DNA of 64,000 nt from Octopus sinensis. Lineage: Eukaryota. Made by a program: the position numbers and the translations under genes. The stretch spans positions 80,910,001 to 80,974,000 of the forward strand of contig NC_043002.1 in the NCBI RefSeq assembly GCF_006345805.1, in the 5' to 3' direction. The number at the start of each line of letters is the position of its first letter. The stretch's first letter is position 1. The notes under the pieces were generated by a model. It ran no database searches. It saw only the letters and a list, made by a program, of their open reading frames with translations, and was not told the DNA's origin. Positions 25,276-38,063 of this stretch are shown one piece after another.

Positions 25276-26943
25276 AGGTATATCGCGAATATCTGGCCTG
25301 GAAATTACGTTAAGAGCACACATTTCTTTGGAATTCTGAGATTTAGATGCTTATGTAAGGCCCGGGTACACTCTGAAGCAGGCCTAAACTTCGAAGTTAC
25401 TGTAAACAAATGTAATTGTTTCTTGTAAAAGCTTAATGAACATGTAATATACGAAAAGGTATTGAATAATTCTTTGATTTAATATGTGTGTGTGTGCGTG
25501 TGTGTATGTGTTTACATATATTTCTGCGCATACATATGTATATAAGCACATATATTTATATACTCATTGCACACGCACTCACACACATATATAAAATATA
25601 AAAAAAGAGAGGAGTTTTTTATGAGTACCACCGGATTAGTTAAATCATATAGTGTCCATTAAATTTGCGTGTGTGTCCGTGTGTGTGTGTGTGTGTGTGT
25701 GTGCGTGTGTATTATACAACAAAAACATTCCCTGAAAACTACTAATATCAAAATTTTATAATTGTTCATATTAACAACTTGGATTTTACTTATGATTGTG
25801 CGCGCGCGCCATTGTGTGTGTCTGCCTGTATGTGTGTGTGTGTACAATTGTGTGTGTGCATGAATATATATATATATATATTTTTTTTTTATAATATTCA
25901 GTGAACTGAAAGCTCTCTATATAAATAAATATTTTTGCTTTCGCTGAGACGTTCAGACTACTTCTTGTGAAATAATTGCATAAGGCGTCATGATATATCT
26001 AAAGCAAACCAATGAGACGCTACCGGCATATAAACAAATGTAATTGTAATTTCTTAAAATCAATACTTATGATCAGATCTATCGTATATGTTATTGAATC
26101 CGTCACAATTCTATCGCAATTAAGTTGTTGTCGATGTTCTTGTAGATGTTGTTAATGTTGTTGTTTAACCAAAATTTAGCATTGTTGGAGCAGATCTATG
26201 ATCAAAGTTGTCCTAGCAGGAGCAATGTGTTCATTTTTCAGTCATGGTATTTCTGAAAGTAGGGTAGTGCAGTGGCCGAATAATTAAAACTTTGGATCGA
26301 TCGTTTTACAGTGTTTGTTCTGGATCAAAGCGCTCTGCGTTCAAATATCGCATGATTAACAGTGCCTGTGATCTGTAAAATATTTATGAGATATGGTGAC
26401 GGTATGGTAATTTTGAAGTCTAGAGCTAGAATCTCAAACTTTGTAAACATTCATGAGATGGTCTTAGACCTTAAAATTCTGTCGGTCTATCGTAGAGAAA
26501 AAGCATCGACAATTTGATTCCATGACAACAGAACGCTCATGGAAAATGGTAGCACAATAATTCTTTCTACTGTACGCACAATGCTTGATATTTGTGGGAG
26601 AATGGATGAGTCGATTACATCGACACCAGTACTCCACTGGTACTTATTTGATCGACTCCGAAAGATGAAAGGCAAAGTCAACCTCAGCAGAATTCGAACT
26701 CCGAATGTAAAGATAGATGAAATGTCGTTAAACATTCATGGTGGGAGGATCGGTCGATCACATCGATCTTGGTGTTCAATTGGTGCTTATCTTATAGAAG
26801 ACGAATCGGTAAACGGTAAAGTCGATCCCATTGACATCTGAGCTAAGCATTTTGTCCGGCGTACTAACAGTTCTACTAACTAACCACCTTAAAATGCTGA
26901 CATAATAATGGTTTTAAAATTTGGCAGAGGGCCAGTAATTTCT

Positions 26944-27174
26944 TATTTCTTTATTGCCCACAAGGAGCTAAACACAGAGAGGACAAACAAGGACAGACAA
27001 AGGGATTAAGTCGATTATATCGACCCCAGTGCGTAACTGGTACTTAACTTATCGACCCCGAAAGTATGAAAAGCAAAGTCGACCTCGACGGAATTTGAAC
27101 TCAGAACGTAAAGACAGACGAAATACCGCTAAGTATTTCGCCCGGCGTGTAACGATTCTGCCAGCCTGCCGCCT
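26944..27174 (-). mobile_element. SINE family A, full length
   Basis: Reverse complement of 28014-28245; further diverged copies flank it at ~26545-26880 and ~27190-27370. Confidence 0.92.
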
Positions 27175-28013
27175 ATATTTCCAGTAATTTCTGAGAGGAG
27201 AGGTAAGCCGATTATATCGATCCCATTGCTCCACTGGTACTTATTTTATCAACTCCAAAAGGATGAAAGCAAAGTTGACTTCTACAGAATTTGAACTCAG
27301 AGCATAAAGTCGGAGACGAAATGCCACTAACCATTTTCTCCAGTGTGCTAACGATTCTGTCAGCTCGTCTCTTACATGGTGACACAATAATGGACTGAAT
27401 ATTTTGCTAGCCACTCAGCTAAGGGCAGATAACTCTCTGAGACTGGTGTATTTAACAGCGTCCATTATTGACAAGACCGAAGAAAGTCGAAATTAGGTGA
27501 TCTGGTGGCTTCGGGGCTGGAGTGATCGGGGTCTTTTGTCTCTCTACTATCGATATAAACAGGAGTGCATTTTGCGCCAAAGCCAATATGAGAGATTCTT
27601 TCATGGTAACTACCACAGTAAAACACCTCCCGGTATTAATACTGCCTCTAACGCTGATATACATTTAGCACTATGTGGCAAAAATAATTAAAGCTAAATT
27701 AAAGCTTAGAATATTGAAGCAAAAGATTGACATGAAAAAAAAAAGAAAAAAAAAAGAAAACATATTACTTCAACATCAAACCGAAAATTCTTGAAAGATG
27801 TCTGCTATGTTCAAATCGAGAAGATAATATTCTTGGCTTTCGAAAGTTGTGGAAAAAGAATCTTATATTCAGAAGCCTTAGTAGCTATTTAAATGTGTGA
27901 CTGAGACGTTTCAGTAACTGTAGATAGATCGGAAAGAAGCTTCTAGCTAATTGGAGATAGAAACATGTTAGCCACATTTTATGGAGATATATCACATAGT
28001 GATTTATCTATTT

Positions 28014-28245
28014 AGGCGACGAGCTGGCAGAACCGTTAGCACGCCGGGCGAAATGCGGAGCCGTATTTCGTCTGCCGTTACGTTCTGAGTTCAAATTCCG
28101 CCGAGGTCGACTTTGCCTTTCATCCTATCGGGGTCGATAAATTAAGTACCAGTTGCGTACTGGGGTCGATGTAATCGACATAATCCGTTTGTCTGTTCTT
28201 GTTTGTCCCCTCTATGTTTAGCCCCTTGTGGGTAATAAAGAAACA
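28014..28245 (+). mobile_element. SINE family A, full length reference copy
   Basis: AGGCGACGAGCTGGCAGAACCGTTAG (A-box-like) ..GAGTTCAAATTCC (B-box-like) ..TTTGTCCCCTCTATGTTTAGCCCCTTGTGGGTAATAAAGAAACA. Confidence 0.93.
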
Positions 28246-28357
28246 GATATATCTAGTTAGAGCATTTTAAATGATGTACGTATACAGGAGAGAATGAGTA
28301 TGATATTCATTCTCTCCTGCATTTCAAATATACTTCCTTTCAAATATACTTTTACAG

Positions 28358-28649
28358 CATGGGTTCTCAACCCCCATTTTTTTTTCATCTATGGACCCCT
28401 TTGATTACTATTTTATTCTGGTGGACTCCCGTAGCCATTCGATGTCTAAAACTAGTTTTATAGAAACTTCTTTCAAAATTCCTATTTTGATCCTTACAAT
28501 GTATACCAATACATACATCTAAAGCAAATTTTTTCCAGGGGCCCTTAAAATACTATTGCTGGTCCGCAATTTACTATATTGTCCTGCGGAGTCCCAAAAA
28601 TAATATATGGATCTTCAGCGGCCATATGGACCCTGGTTGAGAACTACTG
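28358..28649. mobile_element. hAT-type MITE
   Basis: Perfect 8-bp TSD TTTTACAG (28350-28357 / 28650-28657); TIR CATGGGTTCTCAACC vs CAGTAGTTCTCAACC. Confidence 0.85.
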
Positions 28650-28927
28650 TTTTACAGAGTCGTCCATTTTTATTTTCCAAGCTAAAAAAACAAGCAAATC
28701 TGATATCCATTGGGCCTCACTACAAAAGTAAACACACAGAATACGTATATCATTTAAAATGCTCTAACTAATATTACTATCAAAAATGGTATTTTTCAAC
28801 TACTAACACATATGCCAACCCCCTTCTTGAGTTGGAAAGATGTAATTCGCTAACTAGAGAAACGTTACTTGTTCTATGCTAAAATCCTATGCACATGCGC
28901 AACCAACGCATACAAAATTTATCAGTA

Positions 28928-29008
28928 CAGTAATCCCTTGCCATATCGCTGTTCGTCCATCGCGGGGCGGTTTGGAACGTAATACCCGCGATAGTCGAGA
29001 GACTACTG
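28928..29008. mobile_element. 81-bp pogo/Tigger-like MITE
   Basis: TA TSD on both sides; imperfect TIR CAGTAATCCCTTGCCATATCGC vs CAGTAGTCTCTCGACTATCGCG. Confidence 0.75.
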
Positions 29009-29118
29009 TAGACTGCTTCAGATACTTTGAAACCATCGGTTGAATGCCTAGTGGCATGAAAATCATGGATGTTTGATTTGTCAGCTCTTCCTTATAGATA
29101 TATACTTATATACAATCA

Positions 29119-29415
29119 TGTGATGGTGGGTTCGATTCCCGGACCGGGCGGCGTGTTGAGTTCTTGAGCAAGACACTTTATTTCACGTTACTCCAGTTCA
29201 CACAGCTGTAGAAATGAGTCGCGACGTCACTGATGCTCAGCTGTATCGGTCTTTTCATTACCCTGGGTAACATCGGTGGCGTGGAGGGGCGAGGCTGGTA
29301 TGCATTGACGACTGATAGTCTTCCATAAACAGCCTTCCCCGGACTTGTGATTTGGAGGGAACTTTCTTGGTGCAGTCCCATGGTCATTCATAACCGAAAG
29401 GGAGTCTTTACTCTT
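29119..29415 (+). mobile_element. tRNA-derived SINE with CORE-like central segment and family C tail
   Basis: B-box GGTTCGATTCCC; TTCTTGAGCAAGACACTT..CTCCAGTTCACACAGCTGTA; tail homologous to ~1165-1362. Confidence 0.75.
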
Positions 29416-29450
29416 TTTACTGTTTTACTTGTGTATGCTTTCGTGCTGTG

Positions 29451-29492
<42 letters not shown>

Positions 29493-31036
29493 AAATCAGG
29501 TGTAGGTCATCCGATTGAGGTGTCCCGTTACGTAGCTATTTGGCAAACAGAATTCGATAAAATAATTACTAAACTGAAATCAGTTCTCCGTTGCAATGCC
29601 ATGAAGTGAAATCTTGAACACCACCACATGATGGTCCTAGTCCAGTGGCAGAAGCTAACGTATGGTAAAAAAAAAGAAAAACAACGTGTGTGTATATTAC
29701 TCTATTGCATGTGTGTTTGTGAATGTATGCAAGTGTGTGTGTGTGTGTGTGTGTCACATGCATCTCCAAAATTGATTACGTCTCACGTTTAGCTATGTAT
29801 CTACCGTTCGTAGTCATTTATACATACCTGGATTTTTATAATTTATAACCGGATAACACCCAAAGATGGTTTTGGCATCGTTGTCTTTGATTACTTGTAA
29901 ACCAGATATGCAGGGTAGGCTTATGATCAAAGGGATTCCAGCCGTTGTCACCTTTTATCTTCTCAGTCATTTGACTGCGGGCACAGCCTTGAAGGGTTTT
30001 ACAAATCACTCCCAGTACTTACAACTAAAGTCTAGTACTGACTCTAACGCTCTCATACGACGAACCTCTAAGTTACAGGGAAGTAAACAAATCAATACCA
30101 TTTGGAAATCGGTGGGTGGGGAACAGACCTGTCACCACCACATTTAATAATTTTTTTTTTTTTTGCAATATACTATACCTAGTACCAATAAATTCAGCGC
30201 ATCCTTTCATTTTTGAGATGGTTTTATACGATTTGAAAACAGGTTTATCAACCATTTGGCGACCATTTGGTAGCCATTCGAGTGGTATCTTAGAGAGGCT
30301 TACTCGGTTGCTAATTATTCTTGCTATTGTAGTTGTTGTTGCTGTTAGTGAAGCCGGTTACTACTCTACAGAAGCCAACATAACTACCCGTGTTGTTGTT
30401 ACTCTCTCACTCTCTATCTCTCTCTCTCTTTCTTTCTCCTTCTCTTTCTCTCTCTTCCCTCGACATATAGTCTTGGACAATTCAACATAGCAAGAATGCA
30501 GCCACTCTTTGCTTTCAATACAAAAATAAACAAGTATATAAATAACTAAATAAAGCTTTTGCTTGCTTGCTTTGGCGCTGGACGGTATAACGGCCAATCA
30601 ATTAGATGTTTGGAAAAAGAAGAAAAACAAAGCAGCCGTATAAACAGAAACCTATAATAATAAGTAAACGATATATGTGGACGAATCGGATCTATGATAA
30701 CACGCAGTGAAGATAATCGATCCTAATCGATTATGTACCTTTTTTTTATACTTTTATTTAGAATATTTTTTTTTTCGGAAATGAGGAATTAATGCTTATC
30801 TCTATAGATTAAGTGGTTATTCTTGTAAACAAAACATTGTTGATTTTCTGTGTAGCTAGGAGATTTCCTTATCGGGTTACAGAGAATTTTCAATGGTAAT
30901 GGAAATTGCCATGGAAGGAAATGCAAATGTTATTCATTTCAACAATACTGGTCGCATTTAACACACGCGCGTGCACAAATATACACATGCTCACACTTTC
31001 ACACATGCATACTTACACACACACTCATGCATACAT

Positions 31037-31099
<63 letters not shown>

Positions 31100-31727
31100 T
31101 TATGTATATAATTGTCCCACATATGCGTGTGGGGTGTATGTTTGTATGCATGTATACGTTGGAGAGCAGTGTTAGTTGAGCATCGGACAAAATACCTTGC
31201 GGAATTTAGTTACATCATTTCACATTTTGAGTTCAAATCTGAGTTTGCCTTTCATTTTTCAGACAATATAAAAAATACACATTAGTCATTAGATTTAGGT
31301 GACGATACAAACCCCTGCCTTTTGTCCCCAAATATCTCCCTTCTTCCTATGCCAAGTAACTTGCTGTCCTCACCAACTTGCTGTTGTGTAATTCACATTT
31401 AAAGAAACTCTGGTCTGAAGTTGAAAGCAAACCTTCGCTACAAGATGTGCAATAAGAATTTTAAGCTTAACTTTATGTGGTTATAAATTATTATTACTAT
31501 ATTCAACGTGTGATTTCTTTGTAGCCTTTAAATTAGCGGTATGTTCACCACTCACAAGTAAAAACTTTATATTACTCCGATAAAAAAGAAAATTTGATAA
31601 TTGTGATGGTTGTTGCAACTTGTGTCCTTATTAAGGATGTAATCTTCAAATATTTCGGCTCTTTATTCCGAAAATATTATTCAAACTGAATGATCCAAAG
31701 TATATTTTCACCGTGGCTGCTATAATA

Positions 31728-31858
31728 AACTAGAAAAGCACTCGGAGAGCGCAGACCTCCGCCAAGCAGCTCATTTCCTCCCATATACAAGCATGCTGAA
31801 AATCGCCTAATTTCCCTAACCAACGCTAGCAAAAACTTAACCTTTTTGGCGGAGGTAA
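31728..31858 (+). mobile_element. Short Helentron/DINE-1-like non-autonomous element
   Basis: Starts AACTAGAAAAGCACTCGGAGAGCGCAGACCTCCGCCAAG; ends TTGGCGGAGGTAA (sub-terminal inverted repeat ACCTCCGCCAA/TTGGCGGAGGT). Confidence 0.6.
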
Positions 31859-32284
31859 AAAAAAAATAACACAGCCATATGATTTTAAGAAAAAAAACCC
31901 TTTAAAAACAGAAATAATCTGAAGCAGTTCACAACCACAAACACATCAGCAGCATTGTCATTGCTTCCACTTCAACCACATACACCGCCATCAATGTTAC
32001 CATGACGGTTACCTTGACAGTCACTCTTACCACCACAACCAATATAACCACTGCAATACCATCGTCACACAACTAATACAATCATCAACACCACTATAAT
32101 CACTATCACTTCAGCATCATACATCACACCGCTTCTATCCCATTTATAACTACCGATACTATTTTATTCTCCTCCCATACTTATCTCGACCAGCGTCATC
32201 ATCAACACTATCTCTAAACAGAGATGCCACCATAGGTGACGTGGAAACGATGTGTTTTCAAGGAACGCAACACTAATATTTCAT

Positions 32285-32501
32285 GTAAAGTAAATGTAAC
32301 AAATGAAAAATCCTTCAAGAATCCATAAAAATTCCCAGATCACTACCAAAATTTCAGCATCTGTTCCTTGTGTCATTACCAACTTTTCCTGCAAGTTTCA
32401 TTAAGAACCGTTTACAAAGTTTTGAGTTATTTTGCACACAGTCGAACAGACGGACAAACCAACGCCAATGAAAACATTACCTCCCTCCTTGGCGGAGGTA
32501 A
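32285..32501 (+). mobile_element. 3' part of a second Helentron/DINE-1-like element
   Basis: Ends GAAAACATTACCTCC..TTGGCGGAGGTAA (terminal hairpin TTACCTCC/GGAGGTAA); same terminus as 31728-31858. Confidence 0.65.
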
Positions 32502-32832
32502 TGACATTTTCAACGTAACATATTTTGTGTTATGGAACAGGAGATATGTCGCATTTTATTGTGTTATCGCTGCGCTAATGAAAGAAACAGATCCAGGATA
32601 AAGTTTCCCCGAAGGACGCATTTTCGAGACAAATAGAAATTCACAAAATTCGAGGTAAAGTTATGCATGTTGCATATAAAACAAAAAGCCGGTAAAAAAC
32701 GCTTCGCCTCAAATTGAACCAACTACTGTTTACACCCAGACACGCACACAGATATACATAAATAAATAGATACAGAGAAATTGAGCGATAGATATATGTA
32801 CACCCACCAACCCACACACATACATATACTAG

Positions 32833-32879
<47 letters not shown>

Positions 32880-33349
32880 TATATATATATATACTAGCAT
32901 TATGACCCGGCGTTGCCGGGTTATAGTGCTAGTTTGGTATAAATTTGTTAAATTAAAAATTTGGGGTAATAAAACATACAATAACATATTAAAAAGACGA
33001 ATTAAAATTCTGGAGAAAAATACATAGAAGATAAATATACACACTTACAAAAATACATAAAAGTTCATCTACGGATGAATTTCGGAGATGCACCAATTAA
33101 TATGAAACATATATATTTAAAATTGACACTCCCCTCGTCAGGATGTTTTTACAGAGAACACATCGTTTCTTTTTACCCATAAAGGGCTACACAGAGGGGA
33201 CAATACAAACATTGGGGACATAAAACATCACAATTACATAAATATGGAAAATGAAATATGAAAATGATAAATGAAAAATGAAAGTGATGCTAACGGCCCC
33301 ATCCGCTAGCATCACTTACCTGTCCTTCATACTTTATCCTGAATGTAAT

Positions 33350-34397
33350 ACACATGTGCTCTATGCTCTCCAGTTGGCCTGCTCTCCAGTTGGCCTGCTC
33401 ACCAGCTGGCCTGCTCTCCAGTTGTCCTGCTGCTCTCCAGCTGGCCTGCTCTCCAGTTGGCTTGCTCCATTGGGCTTGCTCTTCTTTTGGCTTGCTCTCA
33501 ATTTGGCTTGCTCTCCTTTTCTCCAGCTTTCCTGCTCTCCATTTAGCCTGCTCCCAAGCTTGCCTGCTCTCCAGTTGGCCTGCTCTCTAGCTGGCCTGCT
33601 CTACTTTTTTTGGCTTGCTCTCCAGTTGGCTTGCTCCTCTTTTGCTTGTTCTCCAGTTCGCCTGCTCTCCAGCTTCTCTGCTCTTCAGCTTGCCTGCTCT
33701 CCAGCTGGGTTGCTCTCCAGCTAGCCTGCTCTCCAGTTGGCCTGCTGCTCTCCAGCTGGCCTGTTGCTCTCCTTTTGGCTTTATCTCCTGTTGTCTTGCT
33801 CTCCAGTTGGCTTGCTCTCCAGTTGGTTTGCTCTCTTTTTGTCTTGCTCTCCATTTGGCTTCCTCTCTTTTTGACTTGCTCTCCAATGGACTTTCTCTTC
33901 TTTTTGCTTTCCTTTTGGCTTGCTCTCAAGTTGGCTGGCTCTCCAGTTGGCCTGCTCCCCAGCTTACCCAGTTGGCCTGCTCTCGAGCTTGCCTGCTCTC
34001 CATTTGGACTGCTGCTCTCCAGCTGGCCTGCTCTCCAGCTGGCCTCCTCTCTAGCTGGCCTTCTCCCCAGTCGGCCTGCTGCTCCCCAGCTGGCCTCCTC
34101 TACAGTTGGCTTGCTCTCCTTTTGGCTTGCTCTCCATTTGGCCTGCTCTCCTTTTGGCTTGCTCTCCAGTTGGCCTTTTCTCCAGCTTGCCAGCTCTCCA
34201 GTTGGCCTGCTCCCCAGCTTACCCAGTTGGCCTGCTCTCGAGCTGGCTTGCTTTCCAGTTGGCCTGCTGCTCTCCAGCTGACCTGCTGCTCCCCAGCTAG
34301 CCTCCTCTACAGTTGGCTTGCTCTCTATTTGGCTTGCTCTCTATTTAGCTTGCTCTCCTTTTGGCTTGCTCTCCTTTTGCTTGCTCTCCTTTTGGCT
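33350..34397. repeat. Tandem minisatellite, ~16-bp unit CTCCAGTTGGCCTGCT, ~60-65 copies
   Basis: Directly visible, with variants CTCCAGCTGGCCTGCT and CTCCTTTTGGCTTGCT; gives stop-free low-complexity ORFs on both strands. Confidence 0.97.
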
Positions 34398-34398
34398 T

Positions 34399-34456
34399 GA
34401 ACCCGGAACCATATGGTTAGTAAGCTAGCTACTTACCACACAGACACGTCTGCGCC
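34399..34456 (-). mobile_element. SINE family B head fragment
   Basis: GAACCCGGAACCATATGGTTAGTAAGCTAGCTACTTACCACACAG..TGCGCC. Confidence 0.8.
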
Positions 34457-35051
34457 TTCTGAGTAAAAATATATACACACAATAATATATACACCTATAC
34501 ATCCACACACACACACTCGTATAAATATAAGTACACAAAGGATGTAGAGCCACATATGTCACTTCAGTTGTAGACCAAAAATCATCACAATTTTTATGCC
34601 TCATCGACAATATTGTTCAACGTGGTGGCGTCAACAGCAAAAGCTGCTGGAGTATATAAAAGCGAAGATGAGCGACAGAATGTCACAAGTACAATAAACC
34701 TTGGCAAAAAACAAAAAAAAAGACTGGCAAAACATTTATATAAGAAAAAATACAGTCCACGACACTAGAGAGAGGGGAGAACCAAAACCCAGTTGAAAGA
34801 GAGAGCAATACAGAAAGAGAGGTTCTTGTCTAAGCTTGAGCTAAAATAGAAGCACAAAACGTGTGTGTGTGTGTGTGCGTATTTAGAGATCCATAGATAG
34901 ATATGCAAGTATGTATATATGTATATATGTACTTATGCTACTTCCGGTACACTAAAACTAATTCAGACTAGATCTTTAATTTCTGTTTTCATGTTTTTTC
35001 ATGTTTTTGTATTTTACTTTATTTTAGATTTTTAGTTTCTATACTTGGTTG

Positions 35052-35086
<35 letters not shown>

Positions 35087-35829
35087 TATTTATTTCAAAT
35101 TTTTGTAAAACAAGAATAATAATTTTCTCTTATCGGCGTAACTAATATTCCTTGATTATTTTGCTTTGCCTCGGCCTTTCCTTAGTAGGATCGAAATGAA
35201 AAATTACATTCCGTTTTGCAGCTGGTTGACAGTCTAATGACTTTCTTTAAGTAGAGACTTACATCAAAGATATTTTTTTAACCGCTTTTGCCTTTTTCTT
35301 GAAAAAAAAAATTTAATGCAACACAAAACGAATTATCGCTTTTTTCACTCACATTATCTCATTCACTTCAACATAACAGACTTCAAAATTTTACTTATAT
35401 GTTATATATAAGTTTGACTGTATATTTGTGAGCCTCTGTGTTTGTGTGTGTGTGTGTGAGTGTATGTGTGTGTGTGTGTGTGTGCGCGTGTATGTGTGTG
35501 TGCATGTGTGTTTGTGTATTTGTATGTGTATGAATGCATGTTTGTATATATACATACACATACTTACACACACACACACATATATATATGTAAATTTTTT
35601 TCCGAATGAGATAAAAAAAACCAAGGCTGTGAAGATTTTAGAACATTTATAAATAGAAGGCCTTACAGCTGTTTCCAGGATATTTTTTATAACCGTACAT
35701 CGCAGACGGTGTGAGAAAATGGTTAAGCAACCTGGAACTTAAGTATGGTCTAACCATAACACTTACTCAGCATTACCTGACACCTTATGAGAAGTAATGG
35801 TGTCCTATTGACACCATTATCTCTCATAA

Positions 35830-35888
<59 letters not shown>

Positions 35889-36869
35889 TATTATTTAATA
35901 CGACCTACCGCTAAATACATCACCACGTAAATGAGTAAAACCGGTGTAAGTTACTCGTTGTACTCTTATATGTAAGCGTGAAGCAGCTGGCTTTCCCTGT
36001 ATGATGAATACAAATAAACACACTCCTATTAGATAGAAATAAGCAGACGAAACTATTCGTGCAGTTCTCGAGTTCATTCTGTACAGAGATCCCCGTGATT
36101 TGATTAAAATACCTCTGTAGACAGCGAAGTTGAATGTATGCTTATTGAATCAGAGTCAGTATTTAAAAAGTTCTCGCATTTTTGTAAAGTCTTATTTTAT
36201 TCAGCTATCATTTTTGTCTCATCGCTAAACCACATTAAAAAAATGTTGGCTGAAGTAAATGACATTTGTTTTTGTATCATCAGTAAGTACCCTGGGTATG
36301 GCTTTAAACTGTTATTGGAACTCTGGTTCGAATGTTCCAGTGTTCTGAGAAGGATTGTAGAGCCCCACCCCTTAGCTACTATTGTTCCCAAACCTACTCT
36401 GATCCGGAATAGTACTTGGTAGGGTCCCAGCAATGGGTAACTTTGTATATTAGGGCTTGCTCACCTGTGCATGTAAAGACTGGATGTGACGGACCTGCGA
36501 AAGAAAACTTCATGGCTTAACGGAATGGAAGGCGGATGCAGCAACGCATTGTGACGTACAGAGAGCAAGATGAGATATGACATGTCGGTCATCCATTTCC
36601 ATTTCCAGTCGTCTTGGCGTGGTCTTGCGACTGGACTGAAGATGGTCAGGGACGAGAGAGAGAGAGAGAGAAACTGAGGACATGTAGCTCTTGGTCACTT
36701 CAAGCAAAGTTACGTCGCAAGTCATCAGTCATTCATTAGATTGATCAGATGATCGTCGTCCCTCCGACAGACAAACATGTTTTCAGTAATCAGAAGAGGC
36801 AATAACCTACAGAACTGTGGCTCACCGACCTTTTATATACCTTCTTTTGCTTTCACTACAATTATAATG

Positions 36870-37670
36870 GGCTTCACCATGTCATTCCAGGAATCTCTGC
36901 CCCACGATTAGATTTGCCTGGTCCTTAATTTCAAATTGCTTCATGTGTCTCTGCTAATAGCGTCAATGTAGTTTAGTAGCCTTCCTATTCTATTAGGGTA
37001 CATAAGTGTCTACAATATAACATCTTATAGGGGATGGTGTGTAAATCATATAAGATGATTGAGAAACAATAGTAGAAGTGTATCGAATATGTCCATAAAT
37101 CTCTTTGGTCTCGTGTGTCACACCATTAGTTATTTTGAGTTCATATCGGAAGCCCGCTATACGTAACATGAAAGATTTAAAAGTTTCTTATTCGTACTCC
37201 AGCTTTCATATCTATTGAAAAGACTCGTCTCTACACACGCCTAGAAGTTCAGCTTCCTTAATACTTAAATATTTGATTGTCAGATATTTTGAAGCTTGTC
37301 CAAGGGACAAATTGAAATATCGTAAAATACCTTAATAGCATACACCGTGATTGCTGACTGAATCACAGTCTGCAACCACGGGGTTGTAAACTGTTCATAA
37401 TGCTTCTCATATTGCTTAAATATATTTCTACTGGCCTATTGGTTATCAGATTAATTCTTTTTATTTACTTGATACTTTTTCTTCACATATGTCCCAATAC
37501 TTAAAGTCTTTTTACAATCTATCGAAATGAAGCTTGATTTCAAAGTTATTCTCCACAAACCAATTTCGATGCTTTCAATATGGCAACTCAAATATTTCAA
37601 AGGAAGCAGAACATGTTGCTTCTTTGACGTCCCTACAAAATTCTTCGAGATACATTCACACATGTATAGA
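36870..37670 (-). mobile_element. RTE/RTE-X-like LINE relic with internal deletion
   Basis: Minus strand KHRNWFVENNFEIK (KHQDWFDEN..EI-like); ACVETSLFNRYESWS (ACV.S.LLYG.ESW-like); GRLLNYIDAISRDT. Many stops. Confidence 0.6.
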
Positions 37671-37899
37671 CAAACATAGGCATACACAACTGCACTTCAG
37701 TATGATTAACTAGTTTCAATAACTGCCGAGGTCGACTTTGCCTTTTTTACACTTTCGGGAACAATAAAATAAAGTACAATTAAAGTACTGGAGTCGATAT
37801 AATGGACCGCTGCCCACAAATATTTCAGGTCTTGTGTCTATAGAAGAAAGAAATATGATTATGAATTAATGCATCTTCTTGTGCATACAGAGATATACG

Positions 37900-37958
37900 T
37901 ATACATATACAAATGCACACACGCACACGTACACATGCATATATAAGTATATTTATAT

Positions 37959-38003
<45 letters not shown>

Positions 38004-38025
38004 ATATGTATATATATGTATATAA

Positions 38026-38063
<38 letters not shown>

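Noticed and set aside
31930-32230. Thr/Ile-rich mucin-like stretch
   Set aside because: Cryptic (ACC/ATC) simple sequence with stops and no splice support.
33278-34400. Long stop-free ORFs (up to 261 aa) on both strands
   Set aside because: A by-product of the 16-bp minisatellite, which lacks stop codons in several frames.
36720-36900. Solo-LTR-like segments (also ~45330-45560) with reversed TATA or poly(A) motifs
   Set aside because: No TG..CA ends, TSD, PBS/PPT or second copy could be identified.
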